64,000 nt of DNA, taken from Schizochytrium sp. TIO01 (taxonomy: Eukaryota; Protista; Bigyra: Labyrinthulomycetes). Both the position numbers and the translations under genes were made by a program. The first letter of the stretch is position 1, and every line of letters starts with the position of its first letter. Location of the stretch: NCBI GenBank assembly GCA_004764695.1, contig SMSO01000025.1, positions 1,054,001-1,118,000 on the forward strand, written 5' to 3'. The notes under the pieces are model-generated. The model worked only from the letters and a program-made list of their open reading frames with translations. It was not told the origin of the DNA and did no database searches. Shown piece by piece: positions 23,869 through 34,299 of this stretch.

Positions 23869-23895
23869 TTCAAATTTCAAAAAGCAGAATTCAAA
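23869..23895 (-). promoter_or_regulatory. Three TTTGAA (CHR-like) motifs 43-69 bp upstream of the F-box-like gene ATG
   Basis: TTCAAA on the plus strand at 23869, 23876 and 23890. Confidence 0.4.
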
Positions 23896-25116
23896 CAACT
23901 TCAATTGATTTAACTCAATTGAAGCGCCCAACCAACGCAACCCAGCCCAGACCTGCTGCTGCCTCGCTTCAGTTTCTCGCTCAAGCTGGCACGGGCCAGC
24001 GAGGTCCCAGCGGGCTGGGATCTGCGTTTACACCAGCTTGCTGCAGCCTTTTGGCCTGCTGGTGCGCGATGATGCGCTGCACAGACGGCACGACTGAATA
24101 CACCAGAAAAACGAGAGGAGAAAAACAAAATAAATGAAGCGGCAATTCTGAAGTTTGAGAATCCGCTCAATCACTCCTTCGTCGTTCACTCGTCCATTCC
24201 ATTCTGCCGAGTGGAGAATTAATCCCCCAAATAAGCAAAGTCCGCGAGGCAAGTTGCCTGAAACCTCGCGGACTCGATGGCTTGGCCCAAGCACCAAGTG
24301 CTGGCTGGCTGGCCTCTTGATCTGAGGAAGGAAGCTCCACCCAGCAGCGAGCAAACAGACAGGCAAGCAAGCAAGGCAAGCGCCACAGCTCTTCTTACAT
24401 TCAGAACTGCCCTTGAACTTGGTCTCCAGACTCAGCTGCTTGGCCTCGAGATTATCAGCGTGCATGCATGAGCACATCCACACATGGACCTTCGTGGTCA
24501 TTCTAATTTCGTGGTGGACCTGGGCACGCACGAAGCCTCGAGGCCCGTGTGCGCTTCAGATGGAGACCGAAGGAGGCGCTCTTGCGCTCACTGCGTTAGT
24601 AATAGTAGTAGACGAAAACTGCTGTTCATTTCGAAAGAAGATTTCTACAAACGAAGCGCCATTTGGATTTTTGTGGAAAGGTACTTCAGGATAGCTAAAG
24701 CTGCCCAGTTGGAATCTTCGCGTCGTTTTCTGGCCAATTTTGTGGACGTGTAGGCAGGTACTGGTCAGCTGGCACGTTGTTTCGCGAGAGTCCGAGGCCT
24801 AGCTTGCTTGGAACTTGCGAGGCACGGTTAGTCTAAAGCTTAGGAACCGCCTTCAATTTTAGTAAGTTGGTTACTTTTTTCTTTGAAATATGTATGTATG
24901 TATATTTTTATAATAACTAGGATGAATTATTATATTATTTTTTATAGCCATCAAAAGAAAGGTAGTACCTAGCTGTTACTACCGCCTACTAGCTAACTAG
25001 CTAGTGAGGTAGTTAGTTTGCTTATTGGCGTGGTTACTGGAGCAGAGGATAGATGGTTAAATCAACATTAATTAGTGGGTAGCTTCGTTCAAATTAAGGC
25101 TTAAGAGTTAGTCAGC

Positions 25117-25168
25117 GAGGGAGTGAGTGAGGGAGTGAGAGAGTGAGAGAGTGGGTGAGGGAGTGAGT
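25117..25168 (+). repeat. Degenerate (GAGT/GAGG/GAGA)n purine-rich repeat
   Basis: gagggagtgagtgagggagtgagagagtgagagagtgggtgagggagtgagt. Confidence 0.8.
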
Positions 25169-26894
25169 TTTGCAGCTCATTTGATTCCGGGTTGATTCGT
25201 GGGAAATGGTAACTCAAAGCCTACGTGGCTCACCTGCAGCATCAGAGCTCGGCCCGTGTGAGGTGCAAACCTGAAGAGACGATGTGGCGATCTTGCGAGT
25301 ACTGATTGATCCTGGAGGGCGCTCTCGGATAGATCTGCCCAGAACCCACTAAATTGAATAAAATTGATATCCTCAATGAAGAAAAAGAAAAGAAAAAAAG
25401 AAAGAATTTAGAGGAGGGAAAGTGACTAAAACACTACTTACCATCAGACCATACATATGATAGTAGGTACTTGGGTAGCAAGTGGTATAACAAAAGCAGG
25501 GCCAATAGTAAAGAAGGGGCCGCCTTGGCACGTGCGTGTCCAAGACCTTCACAGAATCGTGCAGCGCAGCACAAGGATGCAAGGCTCGCTGAGGCAATGC
25601 ACGAAGCCAAGACAGAAGCTCGATTGCTCCGTTCAAGGTTAAACTCTAGCTGCTACGCGCCAGAAATCAGCTCATTTATCGGCAGGGCTAGGTAGCTATG
25701 TGGAGGCGGTCGCGAGCATGTGCGGGATTGCAAATGGTCATTTCGTAACGCACAGATGGATGGGTCCGGACAGGACCGAAACTCACGCGCTCGCGCACCA
25801 ATAGAATTGACGAACCTGTGACAGTCGACAGGCTCTTGGATAGAATGCCTTGGAGGTGCGGGAAACTACCCCCAGCGCATTCGAAACGCAATTCTGACGC
25901 GAGCCCTTGCCAAATGCAACAGCGAAGCCCGGCTCAAATACCCTGTGACGCTCCACTTCAACCGGGATTAAAAAATATAATCAAACCTTTTTTTTAACAT
26001 TTCATATAATAACCATAGTAATAAATCGTAATAGTAATAGTATTGCTTAACTAACTGGCTTAAGGTTTGTCTCAGCGAGCAACTACGCTTTCTGCATGCA
26101 CTTGCCCATAATCCTGTTTGACGCTTGCGACAAAGCATATTGGTTGAAGCCTGACATTCAACAAAAAGGGCTCACTGATGTGTTTCTGCTCCAGGGCACA
26201 CCCATTCGCTCTGGGTGCATGTATGCTACATGCATTCTTGGTCCTGAACGCATTCCACTCTCTACTCGAGAGACGACCCTTGTAAGGGCCCCAAGGTTTG
26301 CTCTACTTCGCAGGTATTTGTTGCATTTTGACACGTATTTGTTGTATTGTAGCATCATGTATTATCTATAATAATCTTGTTTAGCCTATTGTAAAGGTGA
26401 ATTCCGCGCCAGCACTTTCCTTGTTGCTAACACTTACTTATAGCTTACTCCTATATCCTGTGATCATGGGAAATGAGGCCGTACAACTAAGAAAGATGCG
26501 AACCCAGAACCTGAACGACGTCCGCTCTGCCTGCTCGCGTGGGCCTGCATAGCGACTATTGGCGTGGGCTCGCTGCGGGCGGCGAGTACTTTCCTGTACA
26601 AACAAAGCACCCCGGCTTCTCTGTGGGCTCCAGCACTGCAAGCTGCGGCGAAGCCTTGACTGTTTCTAACCAAACAATTTTGAGCTTACCTGTTTGCTTT
26701 CGAGTCTGCAACAAGAGTGTCCTTCAGGAGGCTCAGGTAACCAAAACAGTCTTCAACGCGTGGAAATCAAAGCCCTTTTCTTGAAGATAATTTTTTTCTA
26801 CTTCACGTTGCAGAAGTTGAAATTAAAACATTCAGAGACAAGTCTGTTTTGGGTCTATACTGCAGAATAAATAAGGTTCATACTGTGGAGGGAT

Positions 26895-28028
26895 ATGGAG
26901 CCGCAGAATTATGGACAACATGAAGATGGCTCTGAAGCGTGGGCAGTGCACCGTGCGAGCCAGAGTCCATCAATGTTGACCCAGGGCCAAATGAACCTCG
27001 TATTGCTCTGCGTCTTTGGCGGCTCGTTCATGTTGAACTATGTGATGGATGCTGGAGAAGCTACTTCTGCTCAGGGCGAGGTTGATCTATTGAGCTCAGT
27101 TCTCATTATCCTTGGATGTATTGTTCTAATTATGTGGGGCTTACTCGCTTATAAAATTAGAGAGTGCGTAGTCTGGCCGGAGGAGGTGCGCTTCCGGCGT
27201 GATGGCATTGTAGTAGTATCCATGGGCTGTGGCAACAAAGCACTAAATACGGCCAATGGTGGTGTAACCTTACTCAAACGACGAGTACTTTGGAATGATG
27301 GTCTCGGAGTTTTCTGCAATGTTATAACCGACAAGACACGGGATGATGTATATGTTCTTGTGCCAACAACAGGCCCAAGGTATTGGTATGGTTTCGCCTT
27401 CCAGCCAGAGGACCCTGCAACCTTTGTTTATGACTGCTCGCATGCTGGAATTCTTATTGAAGGGGGTGCCGATGCTGAAATGGGAGTTGTGGATGGACAT
27501 AGTAGAGATGCAGAGCTGCGGGAAAGTCTGCTATCAAGAAATCAAACCGACAGCTGGCTTCGATCAATGGGCTTTTCGCGCATCTCTAGTCAACGAAGCC
27601 GCGGGCCATTGCTTGGTACACCGCGAAGAACCCCGTTGCATACTCAAAGAACAGGACTACTTATTGATTCTAGTAGTGATGAAGAGGAAGATGAGCATGC
27701 GATCGGGCTCGACGACTCAAACACTGCCAACGCCTCCTTGATTACTCAAGGTGGTGGGAATACACATTTCAGAACAGATGCTGCCATGCAAGGTGATCGA
27801 AGACGTGATCTCACTTCGGGGGAAGCTACCAACACAGAAAACTTTCGCAGTACATCCGAAAGCATTGACGCAGATCATACTGTCCACTCACACCACACCA
27901 ATCACTGGTCTGTAGAATATCAACGTGGCAATAGTGGACGATTCTCGTCGTTATCATCTGACAGTTCTGAGGACAGCGAGAGTATCGACACAATTCTTCG
28001 CAAAAACAACAATATCATTGAAGTGTAA
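26895..28028 (+). CDS. Membrane protein, 377 aa: two TM helices, a beta-rich PH-like domain and an acidic disordered tail
   Basis: Long ATG ORF; hydrophobic segments MNLVLLCVFGGSFMLNYVM and LLSSVLIILGCIVLIMWGLLAY; beta-strand pattern ending FAFQPEDPATFVYDC. Confidence 0.85.
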   Translation: MEPQNYGQHEDGSEAWAVHRASQSPSMLTQGQMNLVLLCVFGGSFMLNYVMDAGEATSAQGEVDLLSSVLIILGCIVLIMWGLLAYKIRECVVWPEEVRFRRDGIVVVSMGCGNKALNTANGGVTLLKRRVLWNDGLGVFCNVITDKTRDDVYVLVPTTGPRYWYGFAFQPEDPATFVYDCSHAGILIEGGADAEMGVVDGHSRDAELRESLLSRNQTDSWLRSMGFSRISSQRSRGPLLGTPRRTPLHTQRTGLLIDSSSDEEEDEHAIGLDDSNTANASLITQGGGNTHFRTDAAMQGDRRRDLTSGEATNTENFRSTSESIDADHTVHSHHTNHWSVEYQRGNSGRFSSLSSDSSEDSESIDTILRKNNNIIEV

Positions 28029-28791
28029 CAACTGTATAAAAGTCTCATCATTGTTTTATTATACCTTTTTGTTTGCTTGTTTTCTTTCGTTTTGTTCTGT
28101 TTTTAAGACATTAAGACAAGATCAGTTATTGGTTCTTATTCTATTAAAAGATGCACTTAGGTAGGCTGAAAGGAAATAATTTGAAACGCCGCTAACACTA
28201 ATACAAGGAATTCACTGCAAACCCAACCCGGCGAGCCTTAAAGAGGAAAGTGCTTAAATATCAATGGCAATCTTTATAACTTGTATGGCAAGCCTGTTGA
28301 GGCTCCAAAGGAAATTGTGAAATTGAAAATAAAAGTCAAAGAAGAAAACAAGCATGAATGATTTATACAGATTGAGAATATTGTTTTGTTCCAGTCAGGC
28401 TTATAAAGCTAGTATGTTGATCGCATAAGTGTAAGTTCGCTTAAACGAAGGGTCCACAACAACAGCCCATTGATCTTTCAATTAATTGAAAATGTTATGA
28501 CTCTTTCTGCAAAACCAAACTTCTAAATCAGTACAGCAAACGAAACAGAATAACACTAATAAGACATTTAAAAGAGAAAAGAGAAAAGAAAAAAGAAAAA
28601 CAACGGAACAGCTGATACACCAGCAGAACTCTTTGCGTAGTGTAAAAATAATAAGTACATAGCATAGCAAAACAACGCACCCACGTTTTGGTCTACCTTG
28701 ATAGAATACACATGATTTGACCTGATATTGTCTGCACAGCACATCGAGTGAAGGCATGACGTGAATGTTAGCGAAGAGTTGGTCGCACTAG

Positions 28792-31455
28792 TTAGTAGCT
28801 GTAGGAAGGATTGATAGCTCGAATTGCAGATTCTTCTGAATCTACCCGATACATAATGCCTGTTGGGCTCGAAATTGTCAAAGCACAAGCTTGCTCTTGC
28901 TGCGCTTCGCGCCGACGTCGCTTGAGAACATTCTGGACATAAGGCAGCCAATCCTCAATATAATGTGCCAGAACCTGGCGGCGAGCATTTGATTCTACAA
29001 ATAGTCGAACGGCTTCGTCCTCAGAACGTAGGTTTACCTGATGCGTGATAAGCACACGGGTCATCTTGTTTTTCCAGTCCATCAAAATGACACGAATCTC
29101 ATCTTGATAGATATTACCATAAGGCGACTCCGGGCTTTGCATTGACGAATCCACCTGAAATCCGACATCTGAATCAACGCGCGCAAGTTTTTCTTTATGA
29201 ATTACCTCATGCCCAGCATACACCTTATGTTTGGGGGATCGGTACACAATCTTTCGGCGCGAGCCTTTAGCAGCGTCGAGAGACCAGGGCTGTTCGAGTT
29301 CAACATCGAACTTGCATGATTCAAAGAAACCTTCGTGAAACTTATCATCGAAATATAGAAGCTCAAAGCACTTATTAACACGAAGCGGCAAAAGACGGTC
29401 CAAGATGAAGTTAGCGTACTGCGGCGTGTCAAGCATAGGACCACAACTTGGAATTTCCATAGATTTGGTTAACGTAAACCTTTTTACTTGATCTCGCAAC
29501 GCGAACTCAATAGCGCCAATCCAGTTCTCTCTCGAAATAAGAGAACTAGTAGTAATTTTGACGGGCTGCTTTTCTTGCGTGAGACGCAGTTCAAACATGT
29601 AAGGGCCAGTGGTTTGCTGTTGTTTAGGATCATTTTTGTTTACAATAAATGCTCCATCTAGAGACCATGTACGGAGTTGATGCCGGTTCAGTTGATTCCA
29701 AGCTTCAAGGTCGCGGGAGCCCACCAGAGCTAGGTGCTCGGGATATTCAAAGCGAAAATATGACAAAGCGACACCAGTAATTTTACCATGCAAGCGAAGA
29801 CCTTGAGTGAGTACAAAATAACGGCTTTGCCACCGCCCCGTTCCTGAGCTGCGTCGCCCTAGCCACCCATGCCAGATTATAGGGGATTCAATTCGACTTT
29901 TGCGTGTTGGTTTGCGTCGACGGTACCACCTGCGGTGGCGAACCACAGTACGCATATTTCCATCAATACGGGGGGTTCCTTTAGCCAAGTTAGAATCCAG
30001 GGGGACAAAGTCCATACCATAAGTCCATCCATCTGCACCACATTGACCATTAATGCTGCCGCTAATGTCAAGCGTCCATGGTGTAGTAATAACAAAGTCA
30101 TTTGGGCATTCTAGATCATCAAGGCTTTCGTAGGTGCCCCGCCCAATGCGGTCTGTATAATGATATCGATCAGTAGACAGTAAACTTTCGCAGCCCCAAC
30201 CACTTTTCAAGCCATAGCGCTCATTTTCCCAGAGTTCATCTTCAATCTCCTCAGGTTCCAGTGGCCTCAGCGTGAATTTGTCTTGTACATAAGTTGGATG
30301 GGAAAGGAGAAGTGGCCCGTGGTCTTCTGCGTCGAGTTCAGCATCTTCCCCGTTGGGATTATCGTCTGGAACAGCGCTCCATGGTAGATCCGAAAGAGTT
30401 ATCTTTGGTTTAAAGACAGACCTTCTCGGAACATTAGTTCTACTTTGGTGATCTTTATTGTTGCTATCAGTTTGCTCTAAGGCCCCGCCAAAGGCAAGAT
30501 CATACCAATCTGCCGCCAGGGCTGACACAAATGTTACTAGAAATGGACTAGCTGGTTCGGGAGCAGCACGAATGCCACGATTACTCCCTGTACTTCCACG
30601 TCTAGCGGTGGGGTTGACTGATCCTGGAATTGTCAGGTTGGGTGGCAGCTCATCTTCATCCTCACCTTCATCCTCGGAATCAGTGTCTGGATAACCGAAA
30701 AGAGCGCCTCCAAGCTGCCGAAGGTAGCCATTTCGCCGTTCTCTTCTTCGGTTCGCTTTAGCTTGTGCCTTGTGCATTCTCGCGATTGACTGCATCCAGA
30801 TGGCAACATGAGTAGCATCCTCGAGGTCATGCACCTGATCTGGCTCCAGAAGCTGAGCGCGATGGCGAAGTGCAGCAACCCAGCGTACCACAATGTCTCC
30901 GTCATCACTCTGGACAGGCATCATTAACCAGTCTTGTCCTTTTTTCACATAAACCTTGACGTAAATGAGACCCGACGAGGAGATCCGTGCACGCACAGCA
31001 ATAATTTCTGAGTATGGGACTTGACGAAAAGTCTGTGTTCCCCACTCATCCTTGACTTGGCGCAAGTTTTCACCAAGGTCATCGAGAATAAAGAAGGCAA
31101 GCTTACCTTTACTCTTCTTCTTAGTAAGTGCATCTCTCGAGACCTGATAAAGCCATCCTCCGACAACTTCTCGTGGCTCATCCGCAGAGCCAAATCTCCA
31201 CCTTAGGCCATATTGGTCTCCAATACCAAGAATCATACCCTCCCACAATAGCTCATGTATACGATGCTCTAATTCAAGTTCCTCGCTTGAAGGTGCTTTT
31301 TGTTTGAAGGAGAGTCTCCCTTTGATGTTCTGTAATGAGACCTTCAGTAACTCTACGCTATCCTGTTCCACGAGACGTAAGGATCTTGCTTTTATTCTCC
31401 CCTTGCGCGGTATCTTGTGGGGCTCTGCCCTTGGGCTGCCCATGCTCTCACTCAT
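28792..31455 (-). CDS. PH-IQ-DysF-PH-VASt (StART-like) protein, 887 aa; putative lipid-transfer or membrane contact-site protein
   Basis: PH1 (GGWLYQ...RWVAALR); IQ-like motif (IWMQSIARMHKAQAK); DysF (ELWENERY...W...DGWTYGMDF...VRHRRWYRRR); PH2 (HGWLGRRSSGTGRWQSRYFVL...ENWIGAIEFAL); VASt (ILDRLLPLRVNKCFELLY...PWS...RKIVY...SPESPYGNIY...TRVLITHQV). Confidence 0.9.
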   Translation of the reverse strand: MSESMGSPRAEPHKIPRKGRIKARSLRLVEQDSVELLKVSLQNIKGRLSFKQKAPSSEELELEHRIHELLWEGMILGIGDQYGLRWRFGSADEPREVVGGWLYQVSRDALTKKKSKGKLAFFILDDLGENLRQVKDEWGTQTFRQVPYSEIIAVRARISSSGLIYVKVYVKKGQDWLMMPVQSDDGDIVVRWVAALRHRAQLLEPDQVHDLEDATHVAIWMQSIARMHKAQAKANRRRERRNGYLRQLGGALFGYPDTDSEDEGEDEDELPPNLTIPGSVNPTARRGSTGSNRGIRAAPEPASPFLVTFVSALAADWYDLAFGGALEQTDSNNKDHQSRTNVPRRSVFKPKITLSDLPWSAVPDDNPNGEDAELDAEDHGPLLLSHPTYVQDKFTLRPLEPEEIEDELWENERYGLKSGWGCESLLSTDRYHYTDRIGRGTYESLDDLECPNDFVITTPWTLDISGSINGQCGADGWTYGMDFVPLDSNLAKGTPRIDGNMRTVVRHRRWYRRRKPTRKSRIESPIIWHGWLGRRSSGTGRWQSRYFVLTQGLRLHGKITGVALSYFRFEYPEHLALVGSRDLEAWNQLNRHQLRTWSLDGAFIVNKNDPKQQQTTGPYMFELRLTQEKQPVKITTSSLISRENWIGAIEFALRDQVKRFTLTKSMEIPSCGPMLDTPQYANFILDRLLPLRVNKCFELLYFDDKFHEGFFESCKFDVELEQPWSLDAAKGSRRKIVYRSPKHKVYAGHEVIHKEKLARVDSDVGFQVDSSMQSPESPYGNIYQDEIRVILMDWKNKMTRVLITHQVNLRSEDEAVRLFVESNARRQVLAHYIEDWLPYVQNVLKRRRREAQQEQACALTISSPTGIMYRVDSEESAIRAINPSYSY

Positions 31456-34299
31456 GGGATCCCAGGCGTAAAAGTTAATTTTATATTGGAGTGTCTTTTT
31501 GCAAACCTGAGACCTCCTTTAACCAAAGTAGTACACGTCTATCTCAAAGCCACGCAGAAATGGTCTTACCTTGATGGTACACGCCAACGCAGGTCGCGAT
31601 CTTCTTTGGTGGCTACTAGTTGTCTGCGTACGTTCACGTGCCAGAAAGAAGTGTCCAGCACTTTTGCTTTACAATGCCACGTAAGTTTCTTCTTCAAGAC
31701 GTTAAGAGAAAGAGTCTTAGCTGTACTGAAGCTCTCTGACCCTGGCACAGTGGACAACTAGCCCCCCTTGCGTTTACAATTATGCTAGCGGGCAATTCTA
31801 TCACGGTGGTGCACCAGCGAGGTGGAGGTGTAAGTGAGCTAGCTGGCTGGGCCAATCTTCGATCGCAGCTGAGTCAACCAAGGGAAGGCTTGAAAGTGTT
31901 GAGAAATAATACAGAACTCTACGGTTTGATGCCACAGTCCACAAGATGTTAAGACACCGTTGAAGTCTCCCGAGGACTCTATCGCCGTCTAGAATACCTC
32001 GTTGCGTCCCACGACGCGAAAGTATTACTTACTTCCGCTGCAGCTCTTGCTGATGCTGAGTTTGCTGTCTGCTTCGCGACCTCAATTCTTGTATTTTAGA
32101 GTGTACCAGGCACACCTTCGCTTTCTTTGTTTAATTAGCAGGTACCTAATGTTAATTAATACATAAAAGCTTGTAAAGAGTACGACTAGGCCTACTGCTA
32201 TTACTATTTCACTTTTCTTCTTGGAATTAATCCCTTCTCTATGGTAGTGCTAATTCTCCTCTGTTTCCTAGCTTCGGAGCACTTTTTGCTGCCCTCGTCA
32301 CCATGTTTTAGACTAATATGCTTTCTCACTAGTAGCCATTTTTCAATTCTCTGGCTCGTTCGCTCAACTTCTCAAGATCTACGACTGCTCTGTATCTTGA
32401 AGATGGCCCTGCGCCAACTTTTGCCTGAGCGAGTGAGACCCTACAAATGTAAGACATTTTCTGAAGGTATAGACAGACCTGATACGGATAAGGATCCTTG
32501 CAATCACAGAAAAAGATCTTGTAGCAAGCTATTCTCCAGATTTAATCGCACCTCAGGACTGTGCCAACTCTACAATCAAACGTTTATTTAATCCTGCAGC
32601 TTATATATTATTGCCTACCTATCGACTCATTATGGTACTGTACTATTTGTGTCAACCATTTGGATTGACTTATGTGTCCCCGTTACCGCAGCCTGCACCC
32701 TGAAGACAGCAAGTATGGTAGAGGAGGTTCAGACCCTACTTCACAATATGATATGGTCAATATTTGAAGAACCTCGAATTCTGCCAGCCCAGTATTGGAA
32801 ATAATTAATCTTAGCAACTTCAATATCAAGAGCATTGTGTCAACCACTCCAGCAGTCCTCGTCCATGCTTCGCGAGCTCTCCGCGTCTCCGCAGGGCTTG
32901 CCTCTTGATATTTTGAGTTCTTGCGCGCTCACAGCCCTTGTCCTCCTACACACGTGTAGAGTTCGGAGAGGTCACACGCAGAACCAGGTAGGTAGGTGTA
33001 CCTACTATGCAGTAAGGATATACCATCTCTCTGCCGGCCTAGGTACTGCCATAATCTTGGTTCCAGTCCGTGGGCACTCCAGACAAGAGAAAGGGCCAAT
33101 GCTTCCTCCGTCAAGCAGCGCTCTTCCAAATTGCTCAAGAATCGATGGTCTCGCGTGTCGTGAGCACAAGCTGATTTTTGACTAGGTAGCGCTGACTTTC
33201 ATTTCGCTCATTCGCCCAAGCCCCCCAAAAGGCTAATATTCCGCGAAATCCTTCCAGAGGAGACACCAAGCTTTGAAGATAGCAGTCAGTACCTTGGTGT
33301 GCTTTTACCATCGCTGCGGTGATGTCATACTACTTCCTTCCTTATCCTTTTTACAAATTACTGAGATTGCGCTCGAGGGATTGCAGAGATAATATCTGCA
33401 TCTTAGCAGCCAGGAAAGAGTAATTCTCGAAGGACCCACTCTACTCTTCGCTCCTCGCTGTGCAGGACACAGATGTGCTAACTGCCTCATATGGCGTCAT
33501 CATTACTACGTAAAACTCAGCAAAGTTGAGTTATGCTAGTGTTAAATGAAGGTACCTGTTGTTTACCAGACTCGAAGTATCAGACACAGCTTTAGCTGAA
33601 GGTTTGGTTTTCGCTAATCGTGAATAAGGTACGTACCTACAATTAATGAGTAGAATTCACGTGTCACAGGTGTGCACTAATTAGGGGATATATCTCTTAT
33701 TCTAGTAAACGTAATTTTAAACAAATCCATAGACTCTAACATATAATTTTAGATGGAAATGGTAAAGGAAATAATGTCATTGTTGAGAGACCTTTCCAGG
33801 CAGTGCACACCAGTATGAACTACCATGATGAGCCAACTTGAAAGTTGTTGATCACGATCACCATAATTTAAACGCGCTTTAAAAGCAATGCGTAGCGGGG
33901 ATCCAGATTCACTACGTTTTCTTTGATTGCGCAATGCCTTCGACTTGATAGCAGCAGCTACCTAGGTAGGTAGGTGGTGTACTCAAATTAGTGGCTACCT
34001 ACTGTTTTTGATAAAGCAAGGATTGTCTGCGTAGTAGGTACAACACCTGAAGAGCTAGTATTTCTCAAAACACTCAAAGTCATAAATAGACTCGCTCAAA
34101 GGTGGGCTAGTCTTCACCTTAAGATAAACAAAAGGAACCATTTTTCGTTTTGGCGCTGAGCTTAACCCAAATCCGAAAAGCTAACTCGATGTAACCTTTT
34201 TGCTACATACCAGGATAGTATCTGCAATCAGATTGTAGACAGGTGAAACTACTTGCTCACACCTCCGTCCCAATGTACTGGTCGTCACCCTCCTTATTA

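Noticed and set aside
24139-24156. 17/18 match GCGGYAATTCTGAAGTTT shared with 39406-39423
   Set aside because: Matches of this length are expected by chance in a 64-kb self-comparison.
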